A stretch of 64,000 bases of DNA from positions 17,529,432-17,593,431 of the forward strand of contig NC_092679.1 of the NCBI RefSeq assembly GCF_964355755.1, read 5' to 3'. How positions within the stretch are numbered: position 1 is the stretch's first letter; each line of letters begins with the position of its first letter. A program made the translations under genes and the position numbers. This DNA is from Antedon mediterranea (Eukaryota > Animalia > Echinodermata). The notes beneath the pieces are model-generated. The model saw only the letters and a program-made list of their open reading frames with translations. It was not told the DNA's origin and did no database searches. Of this stretch, positions 12,896 to 26,200 are shown in pieces.

Positions 12896-13373
12896 TTTTA
12901 ATATTTGTTGCTGATATTTCCTCGTTGTTTTGTTACTTATTTGACTAACGGTTAAATCGACAAAAACAAAATAAAATAACGGAATATATACAATTGTTTT
13001 TCCTTTGTCCTTTCGTAAAGCTAAAGACATTAAAACGTCACAAGTCCTTTGGTGTAAAGTGTTATACAAATACATTTACAATAAAAACTCGATTAACGTA
13101 TATTACCTTGTCCAAACAATGTTGATTCAGACAACAAAAGCATAATATTCTTTATTACATAAATTAAATAATCAAGGATAAACATGCTTTTGTTCCGCTT
13201 CTTCTCGCATAGCAACCGTGGTCGTTCAATATAAAAAAGCTTTTAAAGAACGTTCGCATGAATGAATTCGCTCTTCCCTCCTGGTTCACACTGAGCCGAA
13301 TCCCGGTCCTAAGATTTGAGAAGAAAAAAAATGAAAATGGGTGTTACATACAGAATAGGAGCGTTCACACTAA

Positions 13374-13707
13374 AACTTGGTTCCTGCTAGGACGCACCGC
13401 AAGCACGTAAACGCAACGCAAGCGTGTTTAAGCGTGGTTCCCACACTAGCGACGCAACACAAGGACGTAACGCAAGTGAATTGACCAATCACAAGCGATG
13501 GCTTATTCGCTTGTGATTGCTAACTGTCTATAACTTCGCTTGTCATTGGTTAAAACGCTTGCGTTGCGTTTACGTCCTTGCGTTACGTTCTAGTGGGAAC
13601 CAAGCTTTACCAACGACAAGTGACAGTTCGAATAATCCATCGCTTGTGATTGGTCAACTCACATGCGTTGCGTCCTTGTGCTGCGTCTCTAGAGTGGGGA
13701 ACCAGAC
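13374..13707. mobile_element. Harbinger-like MITE family 2, self-nested (inner copy 13431-13606)
   Basis: TIR AGC(T/G)TGGTTCCCAC..GTGGGAACCAAGCT; the inner copy has TTA on both sides. Other copies: ~14277-14415, ~46354-46490, 52149-52278. Confidence 0.8.
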
Positions 13708-14536
13708 ATTAGGTATACTGAATTCCGTACGTATAAGTTCGGATGCACGGATTTTGGAGCGATGGATTTCTTGAGATCAATTTTGTTTTTGAAATCGTAA
13801 GGTTTTCCCTCTGACCAATCAGCGTTTGTGCTGAAATTGTGACGGACTGTAACTTCCCTAACAGTAATTAATAATATATGAGTACGATTAAAATACATGA
13901 TAATAAAAAACGCAACAAGTATGTAACGTAAGCCTGACCTGGTTAGTAACAGGTTACTTGTTTGATCGAGACAATTGTTTGTCCGCCTATATTTTTACAA
14001 AAACGTATCCTGCTGTAGGCCTAAGAGGTGCAAATATTTGTACGTCTACTATCTGAAAGAAGGTGGAATAACAAATATTGTTCTACCGAATTGCTGTCTG
14101 CTGTAAAAGCACAAGAAAGTACTGTACATACATTAGGACTTCTGGGGTGTTTTTTTTTAAATAACATCCCGGACCTCAATATTGACTTTTTAAGGCGACC
14201 ACATGCACATGAACCAACAACGTAAGCGCCCGCAAAAAATGTGACCAATTACAAGTTTCTTGACGTTTTTACTTTATGCTTGGTTTATACTCTAGGACGC
14301 GTCGCAACGTAAGAAGGGCGCAAACAAGAATTGAAAAATCACAAGCGATATATACTGTCGTCATTGGTCACGTTGCGCTAACGTCCTTGCGTTGCGTCCT
14401 AGTGGAAACCAAGCTTTGTGCGTTGGATACCAAGTGTTAGCGAGGATGACACAATTAACTGTTAGTGTTATAGATTTTAATTTTATACCTCGATGGGATA
14501 ATTTCATATTTTCGAGAACATGAAACAGCGGGCATT

Positions 14537-14865
14537 GTAACGTTGTTTTGTAAGCCAGTCAAAACCATACACTAACATTCATTATTTGTTCTGGAAAGTA
14601 CGGTAAATTGAATAGTTCTATCTATTCTTATCCACCATACATAGTATTATTTTTAGACGATAGAGATTCAATTCAATTATTGTTAGTTTTGTGCCTTAGG
14701 TCCTGTAATGTTGTTTTGTAAGCCAGTCAAAGATCATACACTAACATTCATTATTTGTTGTGAAAAATACAGTAAATTGAATAGTTCAATATATCCTTAT
14801 CCACCATGCATTGTATTATTTTTAGACGATAGATTAAATTCAATTAATTGTTAGTTTTGTGCCTT
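14537..14865. repeat. ~167-bp direct repeat x2
   Basis: TGTAA(C/T)GTTGTTTTGTAAGCCAGTCAAA...TTAGTTTTGTGCCTT at 14537 and 14704. Confidence 0.85.
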
Positions 14866-15379
14866 TTGACAACAATATGTTATGCGTTGACGATTTATTA
14901 CAAGAGTGTTAACGAAACTTAATATTTTTGTTTACATATAATTTGAATGCAATAGAAACTGAAGATTTTGAAATGTTTTCAATTACTCTAAAATGTTCCT
15001 ACTACTAGCCTAGTACTAGTAGTTTGAATGCGATTTTTTGTATTGCATTTAAATAATGCAATTTTAAAATGATTACTGTTAAAAAATAATTACTGTAGTT
15101 ATTATAATTATGTTAAAAACAGTGAGTTATTGGTTGTTGATAGCGTGACTGACGCGCCGTAATTCGTTCCAAAAGTACGCGTTACCCCCATACGCGCGCG
15201 AACTATTCGTGCGATAGAACTTAATAACGTTAAATTTGCCAAATAAATTCATTCGGTCGCGGCCATATGCCTTTAAAAAAATCTGTAACCTGGAATTGAT
15301 AATACTGTTAGGCCTAGGCCTACATCATATTCAGAATCTTCCGCGTTATTAATTTTGTTTTTTCTATTTGAGGAGGAGA

Positions 15380-15410
15380 GCGCGTCACTTCCTCCATCAG
15401 CCAATGAATG
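15380..15410 (+). promoter_or_regulatory. Putative proximal promoter of paralog A (ETS-like CACTTCC and CCAAT box)
   Basis: GCGCGTCACTTCCTCCATCAGCCAAT in a locally CpG-rich stretch ~370 bp upstream of the ATG; motif match only. Confidence 0.35.
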
Positions 15411-15763
15411 AACTTGTACCAATAGCACCAACACCACTCAGTGTGTGAGGAGTCGCAACTGACAAGTGACAGTTCAACCAACATAACTTAGCCTACGTTA
15501 GCCTACTGGGTTTTCTAATGTTAGCGTAAACACAGTAGCTGTTTCCTTGGTTGCCTTAAGTTAAGGATTAAGACACCACGAAACTAACCGGTCATCACAG
15601 ACAAGCGTTGGGATCCTACGATATCTGGTGATCGACGATTTCTAGAATCTGGCGGACAGTAAATTGACTTTTTAAAAAACCGCTTTAGCTAAAGTTTTTG
15701 GAATAATTAACGCGAAATTAGGCCTAAGGAGTTTTATTTGTTAAAGCAGAGTTAAAATTGAAT

Positions 15764-18700
15764 ATGGCAGCACCTTATGGACAACCACCGCCTCAACAAG
15801 CGGGTGGTACTGTTACTACTGTTACGGTCGTACAAACGGAACAGAAACCTAATGCCTGCCGAGCCGCAATTCCCGCCATGCACATTGCGATGGCCGTTGT
15901 CTGTTTGATTTTCAACATATTCATTCCTGGATTTGGTAAGTATCTGGGCTTTATTAGGTATCTGTAGGCTATATTAATACCACACATGACATTCTTTGAA
16001 AGAAGGCGAAACATCGAACTTTTAGAAATAACTTTCTTTATTGTAACCTACTTAGGACCTAGGAGTACTTTATAATCGACAACTTTATTTATTCACGAAA
16101 TTATAAAATACAAAAGAAGAAAATATAAAACTCGTTCGCCATAAAATAAAGGTGTTCTCCCACAGGTTCGTCATAGGTAATATACAAATAATACAGTGTA
16201 TACAGTGTATATACATTCTCAATCAAAACTTATTAATATGAAACAATATTATTTCGATTAGGCCTAGGGCCTAGACTTGCTTTCTTACATTGATATGCCT
16301 AGGTAGGGCATAGGCCTAGACCACACTTTTTATTTGGAGAACCACTTTTTTTGGAGGGGGAGGGGGTGGGAGGAGGGGGGGGGGGTGGGAGGGGGGGGGG
16401 GTGGCGGGAAACAATCTGTACCTTAGTGGTGTCGGAGACAAAAGTTAGCTAGGCTAATTACTTGAAAGTAATGCATGATACATTTTATGGAAACCAGTTA
16501 ACTACACTGGATAACAAAATAAAGAAATAAATATGTAGACTTATAGGTAGGTTAAACAAAGTAAAAATGTAGATGTTGCTTTTCGTAGGATTTAAAAATA
16601 AAATAGAATTGTTAGCTGCGTTCTGCGCCTAGCTGAAATGACCCTTTAAAAGACATGGCACGTGGATTAGTCGCGCGAAAGGAAGAAGATAATTGATTCA
16701 ATTCAATTCAATTTCTTTATTGCTGCAAATGCCATCAAGGGCTAATATCCGCTTAAACATACTACATCATACAAACATAATTATACATATTTACATTTAA
16801 AATTTAAACACATAACAATTATAGTCATTACTACTGTAGTTATTATTATTTTTGATTATTGTAATTATTGTTATTATGATTATTGTTATTATTGATCTGA
16901 TCTATATTGCCTAATACTCCTATACTATTGTTTACCGTATACAAATTCGATTTTCTATAATAATAATTCATCAAGTACGCATAATAATTCTAATGCACAA
17001 TAATCGATTTAACGACTGAAAATTGTATCTTCTTCCAGTAGTATTGTATCTTGTATCTTGTATCTTGTATTGTAATTTTACGTTTTATGTTATTATTATT
17101 CATGCATATTCCCTCTCAGTCGCTGTGTTCGTCTGTTCTAACAATACTAAATATTGTGAATGCATAATTGTGTATTTTGCATGCAATGAGGTGGGGAAAA
17201 AAATACAGAATTTGAGTTAGTCGTGCGAAGAAATACATTTTCTTTACATTAGGCCTGATCCAAATATGGAATAATAATTAATGCCAAAATAAGTGCAGTA
17301 ATAAAAATGAATTATGACCGTAATGATGTTTTGTGCGGGTTTATCTTTTATGTATATCCAAGTACTTTTGTGATTGAAATTATCTCATCATAACATCATC
17401 AAAATCAAAATAAGATTTTAAAAAAAACAAGCTTTTTCAAATTTTATTCTAACGGTGATAGGTAACCTAACCATATACCTATTGTAATTTTTAAGCTCTG
17501 TCTACACTATCAAACTAACTTGACAATAAAAGTGTAATGTGCCCAAATATAGTAGTGATATGCTCAAATTTGGTAGTGCTATGACATCATGATCCATATG
17601 GGCACATCATTGTTTGTCGCATAAAGTAGACAGAGCTTTTATGTTTGTTTTTGTCGATGGGATACATGAACACTGTTGTTGCTTGGTAACTCATTATTTG
17701 GCATGGTTACTTGGTAACATAAATTAAATTATAAATGTTGTTTAAAATGTTACCATGATTACATATGAATTCAGTTAATACTCATTATGGAAATATTTCT
17801 ATGGGAAATTTAAATCATAATTTAAAATCGTACGGTAGATCGTTTAGGCCTATAATCATGGGACACGTATAGGCGGCCCCCTCCATGGAAGCTGCTGCGT
17901 ATTTGACGTCTGTTTTAAAGTTCAGATGCAGAAAAACACTACTTATCATACATTCTAATAAATATCGATTTATGTTTCCCTTGTTTCATAATTGTTGAGG
18001 TTTGTTCACGGAGTTTTTGGATAATTTATTGGGGATGGATGGGGCCGGTGTTGTAGGTTAAAATTCATATAATTTTGCGTACAAATAATATTGTAAATAA
18101 CGAGGCATTAAAACAATTATGAAAAATAAAGTATGGCAAGCATTTTTTATCACATTCGTATATATAAATGTTCTAGGGAGTCATCACTGTGGTAACCAGG
18201 TTAAACTACCTAGCTAAATGAAAAAAGAAGCTGAAAATAAAAATAAAAAACAAAGTACAGATAACATTTTCTAAATAATAGATAATACATGAGAAAAGGG
18301 GGTACCCCACTGGAAGCTTAAGCTTTAAAATGTGGGTCCAGGCAACATAGTTAAGTAAGGTAAGAAACATGTAAAAAACATGATAATGAACAAAAATGGC
18401 ATTTAACTTAACAAATGCCGTATAATTTAACTTAAAACAGATTATATTAATTAACTTAAACAATAATAGTAGAAACAAGGTATTCATTTAATTTGAACTT
18501 AAACAAGAGATAAAATTAATAATGTTGAGTTCTTCTGCTAGAGAATTCCATATTTTGGGTCCTTGAAAAGTTTGAAATTTTTAATAGCATAAATTTGCAA
18601 AATTCTGTATTTGATAATTAAGATATTTTTTTAAAAAAATGCACATTGGACAATACTAGCTATTAGCTAATTAACCTAATGGGTAATTTATCCACTATCT

Positions 18701-20679
18701 ATATTTGTAATTCGAATGCCGGTTATAATTGGCCTACTAATAGAGATTGATGATCTATACTCTATGCGCCTGTTACGCATTTTATAATACTAAACTTGAT
18801 TAAGGGCCCCATTATACTAAACGATATTCCTATCAAATGCAATATAGTAAGAAGTTTATCTGCTACTATGGACATTTAGGATCATAATATTATGATGTTG
18901 TTATGGTGGCATGTATTTACCTATCGATTTGTTTAAACAGTCCACAATTGTGTTTTTCCATTTTGGTCCTGTTTATATACGTTGAATAGTAATATGATAT
19001 GTACACCAATTTGATCATAAAGACACATCTCAAATTCAATACGGAGACTAATAGCTTAGATACCACCTGATAAGCTAAATTTATTTTGTAATAATTACGG
19101 TATTGTAAAATAAATGGTCGCAAGATTCTGTTCTACTATAATATAGCCTATATAAGGTCAATAACGTCAATAACGTAATATAGAAGCCTCTATAATTTGT
19201 TTAAAAATAAATTTATAATAATAATTTATATAATAATTACATGGACGCAAAATTCTGTTCTATTATAACATAGTCTACTTAAGTGAAAGTTGGGCTTTGG
19301 CTTTCGTCGTAATACAGAAGCCTCTATAATGTGTTTACATTGAATTAGGCCTAAAGGCCATTTATTTTAATGAATTTTGTGAATTAATCATTTAGTATGA
19401 ACTAACTATCCACTGGAGCTAGCTATATGTTGAAACTTTTCATTGTCTGTATTTGTAATAGCTCATAATTCGTTGAGTCGTGTTCCGTTTTACGTCGCTA
19501 CTCAATTTTTTTTCTTTCTTTTTTTCTTTCATTTATTTGGCATCTCAATACATAACATTAAAAATACATCAATAGGCCTAATATATATTATCACCTTAAT
19601 ACGATTTTCTAATATTTATCGAAAGGGTGCTGTTCAAAATCAATTAGTTACCATTGGAAACATTTTTTTTACAAAGTGAATATGATAAAACGATTATGTG
19701 GAAATAATTAGGATTGAGTAAATGTTGGTATAGGATAAACACTGTACGTTATGCAATTGTATTAATATTAGTATAGTAAAACATGTTCACGTTGACACTG
19801 TTGTTTGTAGGCCTACGTAAATAACCTAGTATAGAAATGAGTAAAATACACATTGTAATCAAATACTGTTTTTCTAATAATTGTAAATTATTCTAGTAAA
19901 ATTAATTTAAAATAAATTATATTTATGATTTTAGGTACAATTATGGCGGCGTTTGCAGTGTTCTGCTGTGCGAACACAGGCCAGTCGGGTGGAGGGAAAG
20001 TTGGTACGTTTTGTCTCAACTTCTGGGTAGGACTTCTGCAGTTGGCGACGTGTTGGATCTTTTTGATTGGCTGGATCTGGAGCATTATGTGGGGAGCTGC
20101 TTTTATAGGAATGTCAGGTAAGAACGTGCCATTATCTCATCATTTCCATCATAATTGAGTTTATAAAGTAGCATAGGGATCGATTGTATGACGTCATTTG
20201 TCTCAAGTCGTCGAGGTCCACTAAAATCGATTTCGATCCGACGACCGTAAACCGAAAAGAATGCGCATGTCTGTGACATCCAGGTCGTCACCTGAACCTA
20301 TATGTGCCGCACCAAATTCAAGCTCACGATGCGCTTCGACACAGTTTTGGTGGTTTCTAGGTGCAGGCGGCGTCGACCGACGATACATCGATGCGTAAGA
20401 CCGGCCTAGGTCGTCACAAGTTAAAATCTCCGTATTATTGTGTTGATATATACAGGTACAAATACATCTTTTTAAATGTTTCTTTCAGCTGATTATCATT
20501 CAACTAATGAGCCTACAACCACAGTAGTGACGACAACGGCAGCGGCACCACCACCACAACAGGCAATGGTTGTAACTAATCCGCCACCATACAGCCAACC
20601 ACCATACAACCAGCCACCCCCAGCTAACCTACCACTTCAGCCAATGCCTGGTCAACCAGATTATCCGGAGAAGGTCTAG
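15764..20679 (+). CDS. SPEC3: SPEC3/stum-family membrane protein, paralog A copy 1 (181 aa, Pro/Gln-rich termini)
   Basis: Exons 15764-15935, 19935-20117, 20489-20679 (GT-AG, phase 1/1). Family motifs RAAIP.M...AVVCLIFNIFIPGFGT and VGLLQL..FLIGWIWSIMWG. The symbol is family-level. Confidence 0.9.
17678..17762. promoter_or_regulatory. Cluster of RFX X-box-like motifs in intron 1 of paralog A (copy at 33643-33727)
   Basis: GTTGCTTGGTAAC 17678, GTTACTTGGTAAC 17706, GTTACCATGATTAC 17749. Confidence 0.45.
18230..18570 (-). mobile_element. Degenerate LINE 3' fragment
   Basis: Minus strand reads FQGPKIWNSL (LINE ORF2 C-terminal motif). The 3' tail TTTTAAAGCTTAAGCTTCC...TTTTCTCAT recurs on + at ~60351-60430. 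Confidence 0.6.
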
Positions 20680-21057
20680 AAAAAAACAACTTCGTTGTGT
20701 ATTTTTACAGACATTCTATATATTTTTTAAAATCTGATCGATTCCACCGTGTGATATAAGATAATAAAATTAGATAATTTTGGTACTGCAGACAACTTGA
20801 TTAAAGTGTATATAAGCCAACGTGAACATATTTTCGTTTGTTTTTTTCGTCTAGTGGGTTTAAGTATTTGTTTTCTTAACCAATTGAATCTGTGATGATG
20901 CCGCATAAGCGGATGATACGGATTATTAGATAATGAACTACGCATGGTCAATTTCTATAGTAATACGCGCCCGTATAAACATTAAACTTGTATCACTGTT
21001 TGAATGCGTTTGAATTTTTCCGCGCTATCTTATTTTTGTCAAATCAACACAATGTTA

Positions 21058-21323
21058 AGCTCTGTCTACATTATTAAACTGTATGTGAAAAAAAAAAGGG
21101 ATGTGCCCATACATGTCGACCTTCATCGACTTTTTTTTATTGTAATTGTTGTTTACATATTTTGTTTTTGTATATTTCTTATGGATGCACCTTCCACTTG
21201 GTCTAGTGCCACTAGTGTAAACTCAAAATAGATTATTATTATTATTATGGATACGATGACGTCATATCACTACCATATTTGGGTACGTCACATTTTTTGT
21301 CAAACTATAGTTTAGACAGAGCT
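21058..21323. mobile_element. MITE family 1 carrying a ~130-bp (ATT)n-tailed insert
   Basis: TTA TSD on both sides; the consensus is interrupted at ~21116-21246. Confidence 0.7.
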
Positions 21324-22139
21324 TTAGAAACAAATGTCACTATTTTTTATACAGGCTATAGTTAGTAGCACGCCTATATTAAGGGGACACCCCCACCCCC
21401 GACACTCAATAAAGTATCTATACTCCATATAGTTATCTCTGAATAGGCGATACTGGACTGTTAAAACATGCATTTTTGTTCGTTTATCATTAAGTTTCCC
21501 TTTTTATGGAAATGCGTAATACGCGTATATACAAACCTACTTCGGTAGTTAATGTTGTTATATAATAATGTATTTCCCTGTATGAAGCTCAGTATCAGTG
21601 AATTGAGCGCCGTTTGCTTTATACGAAACTGATTTTTCAATAGAGGCCGGCGGCCAAGTTTATAATGAATACATACTCGACTCCCATATTGTAGGTGTTG
21701 TAAATAAACGTAACTAAAACTGAATTTTGAAGTATCTTTTTAAGAATTAAAGTAAGTAAAATATTATTTCTTATAAGTAGACACTGTTGATTTAGCCTAA
21801 TAAGATTAAGAGGGAATTTGACGTTAACGATAAATGAAAGATATACCTCTAAATGTATTTAAATATGGTCTCCTCTGACCTCATCCTCAGCGTTTGGACC
21901 TTTTTTTTGTGGTTTAGCTCTGTTTTACATACTTCTCGCAGGACGTCTGCTTGTAATACGCTAAATTAAGTAGCCATCATGGTACGGTTTACCCAGGTAC
22001 TTCCCGGTACTTACTAACTGTGTTCTATGCCACTGGTGGGCCACACATTGGTTTTTAATTGGATGGTTTCTTATTATTGATTTTAATATGGTCTTTAATT
22101 AGAGGAATACTTCGTACCGGTATATGTTTGTCTATATTA

Positions 22140-22386
22140 AGCCTGGTTTCCATTAAAATCGCTACAGCGTTTCCATTAAAATCGCTGCACGCGCAGATGT
22201 CGCCGACGCAATCGGGAAGGCTCCCCGATTCATCGCAGTCAAATCGGCAAAGTTCAACCATGTTCAACTTTGCCGATTTTGTCGGCGATGAATCGTATAC
22301 GCAAAGAATATTTAGCGCTCGCGTACGTACTAGATCCCCGATAAATTCTACACGACAGAGCGTAGCGATTTTATGGAAACCAGGCT
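22140..22386. mobile_element. Harbinger-like MITE family 3 (copy at 38105-38351)
   Basis: TIR AGCCTGGTTTCCAT(T)AAAATCGCTAC / GTAGCGATTTTATGGAAACCAGGCT, TTA TSD. Confidence 0.82.
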
Positions 22387-23287
22387 TTACTAATTCGTTT
22401 GGTTACTACTTCACATGATAAGTAATGTCAAATTATGTTTTCAAACATTGTGAATAAATTAATTTTATATTATTAATAGTGTGTCTCTTTGAATGTATTA
22501 TTTTTTATAAATCCAACTTTCATTTCAGACAATGTCCATCTAAAATTGTACTGTAATTTATGACTTCTTTCTGAATACAATGTTGTATGCAGCTTGGATT
22601 AACGTACAGTTATTGTATAAAATAGACGTACGGTTTCGTTCCTAATATAGCCATTAGTACGGTGATGACGATGATAATACCATACGAAATGAAGTACCAG
22701 AGATGAAGTGAACTTATGGTTTTTATGCTTAAACGAGTTTTCCTTTTTATTCTCCTGTGTTTAATATCAGAAGCAAATACTCACCTATAAGTACATGATA
22801 TAAACAGATTCTGACATTTTACCTTAATTGAAGTAAAAATTGAGGTTTTACAATTTTAAAGTTAAGAAATAACAAGTGGGTATCAGTTTCATACAGCGCC
22901 CCCTATCGTTTGATTCAATCGCAGATGAATTTATAAATGATAATATATCATCTTTATTGAGTGCTAATAAAATATTAAGTAACAGATACCCCGTATGTTG
23001 GCTTGCAAACGTCAGCGATCCGCATGCTGTGCGAGAGAAGTCAAAATGTTTGTGAACAATCCATCAGCAAGCTATATGTAAGGAATATGCATATCGTCTG
23101 CTACCGAACAGGTTTTTATTTTTAATCTTCATGCTCTAACTTCGGGGAATATTGTATGATTTCTACTAATTTGTTCTTCTTGATTTACATCTCTGTAACA
23201 TTTTTTTAGTAAATTAAATGGATTTTTCTTCAATAATAATCTTTCATTAATATTGTTGTTTTTAAATGGAATTTTTCGAAAATTAAA

Positions 23288-26200
23288 ATGACGTCAACAG
23301 AGACAGTACCAAATACCTCAGAAGTAAGACTCAGTAAGACGACTTTGAACAGCAACACTGAAGATCCTTCACGTAATTCTGCGGTAGTTACAGCGGCGGC
23401 ACACTGGAAGAGCAATCGTCTGCAAAGTATCTCCCTGCCACCGAACACAAATCTTCTAAGGGCCGATAGTGCCCTCAAGGAGGAGGATGCAACTTCTGAT
23501 CCATCTGATCAACAACATTCAAGAAAAAACTCAAGAACGTCTTTGATTCCTGGAAGTCTGCCTCATAATGTTGCCGCTCAAAATGGCCAAAACTTAGCTC
23601 CGTCTTCAGAGATCATTAAATACCAGATACAAGCTGCCGCCGTCATTGGCCAGGGAATAAACGCACAGAATGGAGAACTTGTAGAGAATGCCAACACTCG
23701 TGTTGGAGATTCCCTTCTTTTTACAATTCCATATATGGATGTTAAGCTTGCCTACATCTGCCTGTTTCTGAATATTGTAATCCCAGGACTAGGTAGGTCT
23801 TTTTCGTTTTCTTAAATCATCATTGATGCCCAAAAAAAGTAACACGAATGTCACTATCAGAGTGGTACCACTACGTCACTGGTGAAAACTTCTCCCGTCA
23901 AATGACAGAATATGAATATATTTTTATTAGTTGAATTCCACATTGTTCGTATTATTATATTATGTAATTTAAATTTGTAATGTTGTACTGATGACTACAT
24001 TGCCGTATTTTATTTAAATATTTATTATATATTTGAATATTTCATTATAAAATATTACAAACATTAAAAATTGTATGTTCTAATAATCTGCTTGGCATTT
24101 TGGGTTATACACAATGAACGTAAGATCATTGTAAAACTGTGTTGAATATTATTACAAATATCAATTAATTTAAAATTACTGTTTTAGAACACATTATTTT
24201 CAACCATAACAATCATTCACTCAAAATTCCTTTATTAAAAGAAAACATGGTTCCAGATAGACCATTCATTGTTTTTTTTTTGTATCATTAGAAAATATAT
24301 TTCCAAAAGTAGTATTTTATTGTAGATATATGAACATTATTTCGTAATGTTTTTGGTAATTGTCGACTTTAAACTAACGTTTAATTGTGGCATTTTTCTG
24401 TTGCTCAAACCAATGATATGCGATTTGTATTAAGTAGGCTATTTGTAACGTTGTATTGATATTCATTTCGGTTGCCATGTCGACGCTATAATAAAGACTT
24501 ATTAAACTTCTTAATAGTAATTGCATTGGATTTGCTATTTAATCTAGTGTTCATTTATGGCATTCAAGCGTAAATGATGATTATAATGAAATATTCAAAC
24601 GATTTCAAATTGTTTTGGAGAAAATTTACAAAATGGGATCAAATTACATCATTATTACCGGTTTCATATTATAATTATCTCAATTTTAATCAACGTAATA
24701 TTAAACAACCTTGCCATGATGTGACGTCATAATCATAATCATCATCTTTGGCCATACACAAATTATAGGTTAATTTTTGAAACAATCAGATAAATTATTA
24801 AAAAAATAAATTGCGCATGAGCAGACATTACCGAACAACCAAGATCCCAATTACAACGCAACAATTTGTTCTTCAGGGTTACACATTATCGCATTTATCC
24901 GATAATTATTATCTGATTCGAATGAGAGATAATTATCGGTTAATTTTCGAGCGGAATCGGTTAAACCCCGTTTCTACAGGAACTTTATCGGTTTTAAGTA
25001 TACAAATTATCGCATTTATCCGATTATCTGATTCGAATGAGAGATAATTATTGGTTAATTTTTATCGGGTAATTATCGGTTAATTTTGGCTGCGTTCCAT
25101 TATCATCCTCTCTGTCATTATCATCTTTTCATTGTTCTGCATCTTCAATGGTCATTAACATTTTAATATTATAATTATCATTATTATATTACTGTTATTA
25201 ACAACATTTCAGGCAACTCACAATATTATCAAGCATGTTTTACGTATATGGTTATGCAAATTGTAAACAGTCTCAACCTATATTGAGTTTAATTACATTA
25301 TAACATACAATTGAAATTTAGACCGTATTGCACGATCTGCCATAGTATTATAATGGCTGTAAGATATTGAGATATACTCACTGTATTATTAATAATATTC
25401 TGTGCGTAGGAATGAAAATAGGTAGAATAACTGATCATAATAATCATATTGATTTTATTCTGTCATTATTAGCAATTTGTATTCTATATTGTTCATCTAG
25501 GATAAGTTCAAATAAGTAATAACAGACACGAAGTAACAATAATAGCAATTGAAGTGATCGTTGCCAATCATTTAAATATAAACATTAGATTTGCCTTAAG
25601 TCTGTATTTATTGTCCTTTTTTAGTCGCGCGCAACGCGACTATACAGCTAACTATGTCGGTCGGTTGATCGGTCGGTTGGTCGGTAAACACTAACTTGAG
25701 CACGCGACTGCAGCCATGTATATGGCCTTTTTATGTTAGCCCACCAGACGACGTGTCGATTTTCAAGTATTATTTAATTTCTTTTCATTCACATTTATTT
25801 AAAACATAACAGTAAAAGAAACAAACATACATTTACAATATTATACAAATATGAAACGCCAAATGTACCAAAATAGTTATCTTGTTACTAATATCCGATA
25901 GATAAGTACTGTATTACCGGTAGATAATTTATATTATGTCTTATACACTATCAAACTATTAAAAAAATGTGATGTCATATCACTACCATAGTTGGGCAAA
26001 TCACACTTTTTTTGTCAAACTAGTTTGATAGTGTAGACAGGCCTTAAAATATCAGTACTGATAATCCTCTAGATAACTGAGGTTGTCCCGATCCGTTAGT
26101 TAGCTAGTTTTCACACGCTTTCCATACATTGCGTCAAGATGAACGCAACGCATTTTATTGCCAAGTTAGGTCACCTGTGCTACCGGGATATTCAAATTTC

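Noticed and set aside
12152-13075. Overlapping 60-100 aa ORFs on both strands (also at 28920-29837)
   Set aside because: They are by-products of low-complexity tandem repeats; no domain or splice support.
20892-20950. C/D snoRNA (GTGATGA box C)
   Set aside because: No downstream CTGA box D with a terminal stem, and it lies in a 3'UTR.
22059-22418. 119-aa ORF
   Set aside because: Runs through a 247-bp MITE; no transposase motifs.
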